Positions 58,374 to 64,000 of a stretch of DNA of 64,000 nt are shown here, piece by piece. The notes below the pieces were generated by a model. That model had not been told where the DNA came from and did not search any database. It saw nothing but the letters and a program-made list of their open reading frames with translations. The stretch is from assembly GCA_947501105.1 (NCBI GenBank), contig CANMUP010000007.1, positions 15,003-79,002 on the forward strand, in the 5' to 3' direction. Within the stretch, counting starts at the first letter, position 1. Each line of letters opens with the position of its first letter. This DNA comes from an uncultured Flaviramulus sp. Lineage in GTDB: Bacteria > Bacteroidota > Bacteroidia > Flavobacteriales > Flavobacteriaceae. The translations under genes and the position numbers were made by a program.

Positions 58374-61205
58374 CTAATACCAGCGTCTTCTAAATAGACC
58401 TAATAAAGATTGTGGGTCTACTGTAAACTTAAATCTTATTTTTTGATCGTAATTTGGTTGCCCAATTTCCCATCCTAGATTGGAATATATGGGAAAATAT
58501 ACTTCAAAATAATCAGTTACCAAATTAATTCTAATACCAGAGTCATAAACAAAATTTGCATTATTGAATTTGTTTTTCACAAAGCCTACATCTCCGTATG
58601 CTAACACATATTTCCAAAGTGTTGTACTGGCGTTTATTGTACTAATCCATTGATTAGCAAATGGAGTTTCTAGCTTAGATTTAAATCCGCCCTCGGCAGT
58701 AATATATTGTTGACTAAATATCCCACTAGCTTCAGAACGCCCTAAATAATTATAATCAAATAGATAATCGGTAGGTCTATCTAATGCAAAACTAAAGTAA
58801 TCAGAAGTAATATCTGTTTTGTTGTTTATAAATGCACCAGTGTAAAATCTCAAATTTAATTGTCGATTACTTTCAAATAAACGCCTGTATTCATAATTGA
58901 ATGATACTTTACTAAACGTTTTTGCTATTTGTAAATCTGTAGACCATTTGCTAAAATTTATTAGATTGTCATTAGAGTTTAAATAGTTTATATTGAATAT
59001 GTTATAATTAGGTTCGGTTGTATTTAGGGTATTGCTTAGGTCTTCATCTCGATTAATATCTAAATATCTAAACTTTAATCTTTGACGTTTATTTGACCGA
59101 AAATCACTATCATTTCTAAATAAAAACGTAACCGACGGGATTATTTTTCTAACAAACAAATCACTAGCATAAGATGTGTAGCTGCCTCTAATACCATAAT
59201 TAATAGAATAAAGATTGCTATTTTGTAAATAATGCGTCATAGATATAGAGGCTGCACCAGTAAAAGATTTTGATTTTAATGAGTATCTCGGTTGAAATCT
59301 ATAGTTGAATTGTTTTCTTAACAGTGTTGTGTTATAGGCTTTTATTCCTAATGTAAGGCCATCGTAAATATTATTGAACTCTGCTATTGGCATTAGAAAC
59401 ACTTGGTTGTAATTTGGATCTTCTATGTCTTTAAAAAGTCTAAACTGAAAGGGTTTATTATTAAAGAAAAAACCTTTTAATGATTTCCAATTATCTCTTA
59501 TATTATGCTCTGGAATTAATCTATTATAGTTTAAAACCAACTTGTTAGCATCGTTTCGGGGTATGGTAATGGTTTTATTTTTTGTAACATTTTCAATCCA
59601 AGATTTTGAAACAATGCTATCATTATTTAGAGTATATAAGGAAATAGGGGTGTTACTATTTCTTTTATTCTTAATAGTTAATGTTATTGAATCTTTAGTT
59701 TTTTTAACGTTCTTGATTTTAAAATCAATCTTTTTGCGAGTATTTATATAATCATTAAAAAACCAATCAATGTTTTTTGATGTCTTAGTTTTTAAATAGG
59801 CTTCAAATGCTTCAGGCGATGTTTGTTTTAGTTTTGTCTGTTCTAAAAAAGATTTAACAGCATTTTCTAAAATATTAGAGTTTATAAAATCATCTAAATA
59901 TTTAAGACCAACACCAGCTTTATATTTATTAGCTATACTATTATTAAACTTAAGTAAAGAATCTTTTGACATGGTTAATGGCTGATCTCTATTGGTTCTT
60001 GCCATCGACATAAATGCAAATACATATTTATCATTAAAAGTCATGTCAGCAGCATGAAAAGACCTAACACCCCAAAACTCTGCTAGAGACCCTAAAAACT
60101 TCATATCTGGATAATGCTCTTCTACATAATTCATCAAATAATAAATTTGTAAACCATCAAATAACCATTGCTCTTTTCTTGGGTTTATTAACAGTGTGTT
60201 CTCTAAGTAATTGTGAAGGGCAACCTTAAGTAGTTTTAATTCATATTGAAAGTTATTTGGATAAAGTTTAATAAAACTTGGTAGAAAATTTAAGCCATAA
60301 ATTGGGTCTTTATTATAATCAATATTAGTTAATAATATTTTTTCATGAGGATAATTACCTAGGTTTTTAGATATGAATTCTGTAATCTTTTCTGTAATTA
60401 AAACCCTGTCTAATAGTTCTATTTTCTCACCATTTATATTTGATGTTAATGATAGCCCTTTGGTTTGAATGGTTTCAAAATTAGAAGTTTTGCTTATAAA
60501 TAGCTTGTTACTAACTCTATCTTTTCCTTTCAGTGTAACATTTTGTTTTTTAAATGATTGTGTAGGTTTATTTGAATTTAACTCTGAAGTAATTATATAA
60601 TCTTTTGGATAAGAGATTTCTAAATTTAAATCTGCCTTAGGTATAAATAAATCATCTAAATTTTTATTGCTATAATATTGCCACTTACCATTATAAATTG
60701 CTGGTGTAATGTACCAATATCTTAAACTTAAATCGCCTGACTCAGAAATACCATAATCTGTAAATTTATCCTTTGGGATTTGTACAATATATTCTAAATC
60801 TATAGTATATGATTCGTTTGCTTTTAGTGGTGTTTTTAAATCTACTTTTATAATGTCAACCTGATCTTTTAGCTGATTAAAAATCAAGTTCTCATTATCT
60901 TGTTTTATAGAAGTAATTACCGAATAACCTCTGTCTTCGTTTTTGGCAAGATGGAATTTGTTGTTATACTCTTCAGCAAAACGAGTGGCAAGAGGTGTTT
61001 TTTTTGTTGAATAGCTATTATTCCAATCATTTAAGTAAATAGATTTAAGCTCATCTTTCGATGTATTTTTATATTGAATGGTTTGAGATATAGTAATTTT
61101 CCTGTTTTCAATATCAAAATCGGCTTTTAAGTCAATTTTATTTTGACTAAAATTTGAGATACTTGAGAAGACAAATATAAAACAGAAAAAAAGGCGTAAC
61201 TTCAA
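58374..61205 (-). CDS. Secreted M1-aminopeptidase-like protein with degenerate active site and beta-rich C-terminus
   Basis: Signal peptide (NFS|Q); M1 N-terminal Y.N.S…L..IYL.DW.N; HExxH position reads KVALH, WLDEG position reads WLFDG. Confidence 0.65.
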   Translation of the reverse strand: MKLRLFFCFIFVFSSISNFSQNKIDLKADFDIENRKITISQTIQYKNTSKDELKSIYLNDWNNSYSTKKTPLATRFAEEYNNKFHLAKNEDRGYSVITSIKQDNENLIFNQLKDQVDIIKVDLKTPLKANESYTIDLEYIVQIPKDKFTDYGISESGDLSLRYWYITPAIYNGKWQYYSNKNLDDLFIPKADLNLEISYPKDYIITSELNSNKPTQSFKKQNVTLKGKDRVSNKLFISKTSNFETIQTKGLSLTSNINGEKIELLDRVLITEKITEFISKNLGNYPHEKILLTNIDYNKDPIYGLNFLPSFIKLYPNNFQYELKLLKVALHNYLENTLLINPRKEQWLFDGLQIYYLMNYVEEHYPDMKFLGSLAEFWGVRSFHAADMTFNDKYVFAFMSMARTNRDQPLTMSKDSLLKFNNSIANKYKAGVGLKYLDDFINSNILENAVKSFLEQTKLKQTSPEAFEAYLKTKTSKNIDWFFNDYINTRKKIDFKIKNVKKTKDSITLTIKNKRNSNTPISLYTLNNDSIVSKSWIENVTKNKTITIPRNDANKLVLNYNRLIPEHNIRDNWKSLKGFFFNNKPFQFRLFKDIEDPNYNQVFLMPIAEFNNIYDGLTLGIKAYNTTLLRKQFNYRFQPRYSLKSKSFTGAASISMTHYLQNSNLYSINYGIRGSYTSYASDLFVRKIIPSVTFLFRNDSDFRSNKRQRLKFRYLDINRDEDLSNTLNTTEPNYNIFNINYLNSNDNLINFSKWSTDLQIAKTFSKVSFNYEYRRLFESNRQLNLRFYTGAFINNKTDITSDYFSFALDRPTDYLFDYNYLGRSEASGIFSQQYITAEGGFKSKLETPFANQWISTINASTTLWKYVLAYGDVGFVKNKFNNANFVYDSGIRINLVTDYFEVYFPIYSNLGWEIGQPNYDQKIRFKFTVDPQSLLGLFRRRWY

Positions 61206-61313
61206 TTTATTTTATAACATTAATAAGGTTAATAACAATACAAGGCGTTGCAATATAATAAAATATAGTATTAGGTTAGTCGTAAAGCCTTTTGGTTATA
61301 AAGGATTTGACTG

Positions 61314-62003
61314 TTAAAAATTAGGACTTAAGTCTGATTCTTTATAAAAAGTATCTAAAATTGTGATAACTTCTTCTTCAGTATCTACCAAATTAATCAA
61401 ATCTAAATCTTTTGCAGAAATATTTCCAAATTTACTTAAAAGCGTGGTTTTTACCCAGTCTAAAATACCCTCCCAAAAATCAGTACCAACTAAGATAATA
61501 GGGAACTTTTCAATTTTATGGGTTTGTATAAGTGTAATAGCTTCGAAAAGTTCATCTAAAGTACCAAACCCACCAGGCATAACAACAAAACCTTGAGAGT
61601 ACTTAACAAACATGACTTTGCGCACAAAGAAATAATCAAAATCCAAACTTTTGTCATGGTCAATATAGGGATTGTCATGTTGTTCAAAAGGTAGCTCTAT
61701 ATTTAACCCTACAGATGTTCCTCCACCCAGGTGAGCTCCTTTATTACCAGCTTCCATAATACCTGGTCCGCCACCAGTAATAACACCGTAACCTGATTCT
61801 ACAATGCGTTTGGCAATACTTTCGGCTAATTTATAATATTTATTATCTGGTTTTGTTCTTGCTGAACCAAAAATGGACACACAAGGACCAATTTTGCTAA
61901 GTTTTTCATAACCACTAACAAACTCACCCATGATTTTAAAAATAGCCCATGAATCGTTTGTTTTAATCTCATTCCAACCTTTATGGTGTTGTTCTTTTCT
62001 CAT
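61314..62003 (-). CDS. LOG-family (TIGR00730) protein
   Basis: FGSAR, TGGGPGIMEA.N.GA, YFF.RK, PGGFGTLDE. Confidence 0.92.
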   Translation of the reverse strand: MRKEQHHKGWNEIKTNDSWAIFKIMGEFVSGYEKLSKIGPCVSIFGSARTKPDNKYYKLAESIAKRIVESGYGVITGGGPGIMEAGNKGAHLGGGTSVGLNIELPFEQHDNPYIDHDKSLDFDYFFVRKVMFVKYSQGFVVMPGGFGTLDELFEAITLIQTHKIEKFPIILVGTDFWEGILDWVKTTLLSKFGNISAKDLDLINLVDTEEEVITILDTFYKESDLSPNF

Positions 62004-62033
62004 ATGTTTCAGTATTTTATTTTTGCAAACTTG

Positions 62034-64000
62034 CTAAGTTAGTTCTTTTTTAAGAAATTTTGCAGTATAGCTCTTTTTATGTTTTACAATTTCTTCTGGA
62101 GTACCTACGGTAACTATCTGTCCACCACCTTTTCCGCCTTCATAGCCAATATCAATAATGTAATCAACGGTTTTAATAACATCTAAATTATGCTCAATGA
62201 TTAATACGGTATTACCTTTATCTGCTAATTTATTAAGCACAATCATTAGTACCCTAATATCTTCAAAATGAAGTCCGGTAGTAGGCTCGTCTAAAATATA
62301 AAAAGTATTTCCTGTATCGCGTTTACTTAATTCGGTAGCAAGTTTTATACGTTGGGCTTCACCACCCGATAACGTTGTACTTTGTTGCCCTAAGGTGATA
62401 TAGCCCAGGCCAACATCTTTTATTGTTTTAAGCTTTTTATAAATTTTAGGGATATGTTCAAAAAAGCCTACTGCGTCATTAATAGTCATATTTAGAACAT
62501 CACTAATTGATTTTCCTTTATAGCGAATTTCTAATGTTTCCCTATTAAAGCGTTTACCTTGGCAGGTTTCGCATTCAACATAAACATCTGGTAGAAAGTT
62601 CATTTCTATAACACGTAACCCGCCACCTTTACAGGTTTCACACCTACCGCCAGTTACATTAAAGCTAAACCGACCTGCTTTATAGCCACGAATCATAGCT
62701 TCAGGGATTTTAGCAAACAAGGCTCTAATTTCGCTAAAAGTACCTGTGTAGGTTGCTGGATTACTTCTAGGAGTTCTCCCAATTGGTGATTGGTTAATAT
62801 CTATAACTTTATCAATGTGTTCTAATCCTTTAATACTTTTATAAGGCATTGGTTTTTTTACACCATTAAAATAATGTGCGTTCAAAATGGGGTATAAGGT
62901 TTCGTTTATTAAGGTAGATTTTCCGCTACCAGAAACACCTGTAACGCCTATCATTTTTCCTAAAGGAAACTTTACCGAAACATTTTTTAAGTTATTTCCT
63001 GTACAACCCTTAAGTTCTAAAAACTTACCATTTCCTTTTCTACGAGTTTTTGGGGTTTCAATTTCCTTATTTCCATTTAAATAATCTGCGGTAAGTGTAT
63101 CGTGAGTTTTTAGCTCATCAGGGTTTCCAATGCTAATTATTTCTCCCCCGTGTTTCCCAGCTTTTGGGCCAATATCAATTACATAGTCGGCACGTTCTAT
63201 CATATCTTTATCGTGTTCAACTACTATAACAGAATTTCCAAGATCTCTTAATGATAATAAAGAATTTATAAGTTTTTCGTTGTCTCGCTGATGAAGACCA
63301 ATACTGGGCTCATCTAAAATATAAAGCACACCAACTAGTTGAGATCCAATTTGCGTTGCTAACCGAATACGCTGTGCTTCGCCTCCAGATAAAGATTTAG
63401 AGCTTCGATTTAGCGATAAGTAATTTAGTCCAACATCAAGTAAAAACTGTAATCGTGTTTTAATTTCTTTTAGAACTTCTTCAGCAATTTTGAATTGCTT
63501 TTCTGAAAGGCGCTCGTCTAAGTTGTTAAACCAATCGGCTAGTTCAACAATATCTGTGTTGGCAAGCTCAGCAATATTTTTATTGTTTATTTTAAAATAA
63601 AGCGATTCTTTTTTTAATCGAGAACCTTCACAAACTGGACATTTGATTTTATCCATATAATCTTTAGCCCAACGTTTTAGAGATCTTGACTCAGCAGTTT
63701 TATATTGATTTTCGATAAAATTTGCAACACCTTCAAAATCTATTTTATAATCGCGTGTAACGCCTAAAGTTTTACTTTCAACAGAAAACTTTTCATTACC
63801 GCCATACAAAATCATATGTTTAGCTTCCTTAGGAATACTCTTATAGGCATCGGTTAATTTAAAATTGAAGCGTTGTGCAATGGTTTCAAATTGTTTGAAA
63901 ATCCAAGAATTTTTCTCTGGTCCATGAGGTGCTAATGCACCACCTTTTATTGAAAGAGAATCATCTGGAATAATTTTTTTCTCATTAACTTGGTATAATT
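62034..64000 (-). CDS. uvrA: Excinuclease ABC subunit A (5' part beyond window)
   Basis: Frame open to window end (LYQVNEKKIIPD…); LSGGEAQRIRLA, DEPSIGLH, GVSGSGKST, RTPRSNPATY, FSFN..GGRCE.C, LSGGEAQRIKLA. Confidence 0.97.
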   Translation of the reverse strand, partial: LYQVNEKKIIPDDSLSIKGGALAPHGPEKNSWIFKQFETIAQRFNFKLTDAYKSIPKEAKHMILYGGNEKFSVESKTLGVTRDYKIDFEGVANFIENQYKTAESRSLKRWAKDYMDKIKCPVCEGSRLKKESLYFKINNKNIAELANTDIVELADWFNNLDERLSEKQFKIAEEVLKEIKTRLQFLLDVGLNYLSLNRSSKSLSGGEAQRIRLATQIGSQLVGVLYILDEPSIGLHQRDNEKLINSLLSLRDLGNSVIVVEHDKDMIERADYVIDIGPKAGKHGGEIISIGNPDELKTHDTLTADYLNGNKEIETPKTRRKGNGKFLELKGCTGNNLKNVSVKFPLGKMIGVTGVSGSGKSTLINETLYPILNAHYFNGVKKPMPYKSIKGLEHIDKVIDINQSPIGRTPRSNPATYTGTFSEIRALFAKIPEAMIRGYKAGRFSFNVTGGRCETCKGGGLRVIEMNFLPDVYVECETCQGKRFNRETLEIRYKGKSISDVLNMTINDAVGFFEHIPKIYKKLKTIKDVGLGYITLGQQSTTLSGGEAQRIKLATELSKRDTGNTFYILDEPTTGLHFEDIRVLMIVLNKLADKGNTVLIIEHNLDVIKTVDYIIDIGYEGGKGGGQIVTVGTPEEIVKHKKSYTAKFLKKELT

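Noticed and set aside
63813-63815. ORF-track start of uvrA
   Set aside because: Internal Met; the frame stays open with UvrA-like sequence to base 64000.

Overview
AT-rich chromosomal window from a marine Flavobacteriaceae (Bacteroidota). This call rests on Bacteroidota TAnnTTTG promoters, T9SS/PorP genes, a glutaminyl cyclase, a fused 2-oxoacid dehydrogenase E1 and a lone pheT. Left to right: (1) tail of a heavy-metal (Cu-type) locus, ending at a 13-bp remnant that appears to be the 3' end of tRNA-Phe (att-like); (2) a small accessory block (SnoaL-like, two tandem TetR, YdhR-like, MBL-fold lipoprotein) bracketed by a 14-bp direct repeat; (3) uncharacterised envelope proteins and an SRPBCC pseudogene; (4) a speA-speB-DHS-like polyamine operon with four downstream genes; (5) a TonB-receptor/lipoprotein/LytS-LytTR module; (6) a 16-kb T9SS type-B adhesin locus with two CTD-protein/PorP pairs, one PorP fused to a coiled coil and a SPOR-like domain; (7) a GntP-RidA-PLP enzyme-amidohydrolase catabolic operon; (8) housekeeping genes (QC, SRP RNA, transaldolase with a structured leader, ABC-F, pheT, TlpA, AprA-like methyltransferase, E1 alpha/beta, LOG, partial uvrA). 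The most striking finding is at 52305-53549. A lone RelA/SpoT small alarmone synthetase gene sits between two attC-like hairpin sites whose ends are swapped, as expected if a circular cassette had integrated into a resident site. No integrase or transposase is visible in the window, and a third decayed copy of the site lies at ~19155. No CRISPR array, rRNA or complete tRNA was found. All family assignments come from motif recognition only; no database search was run.
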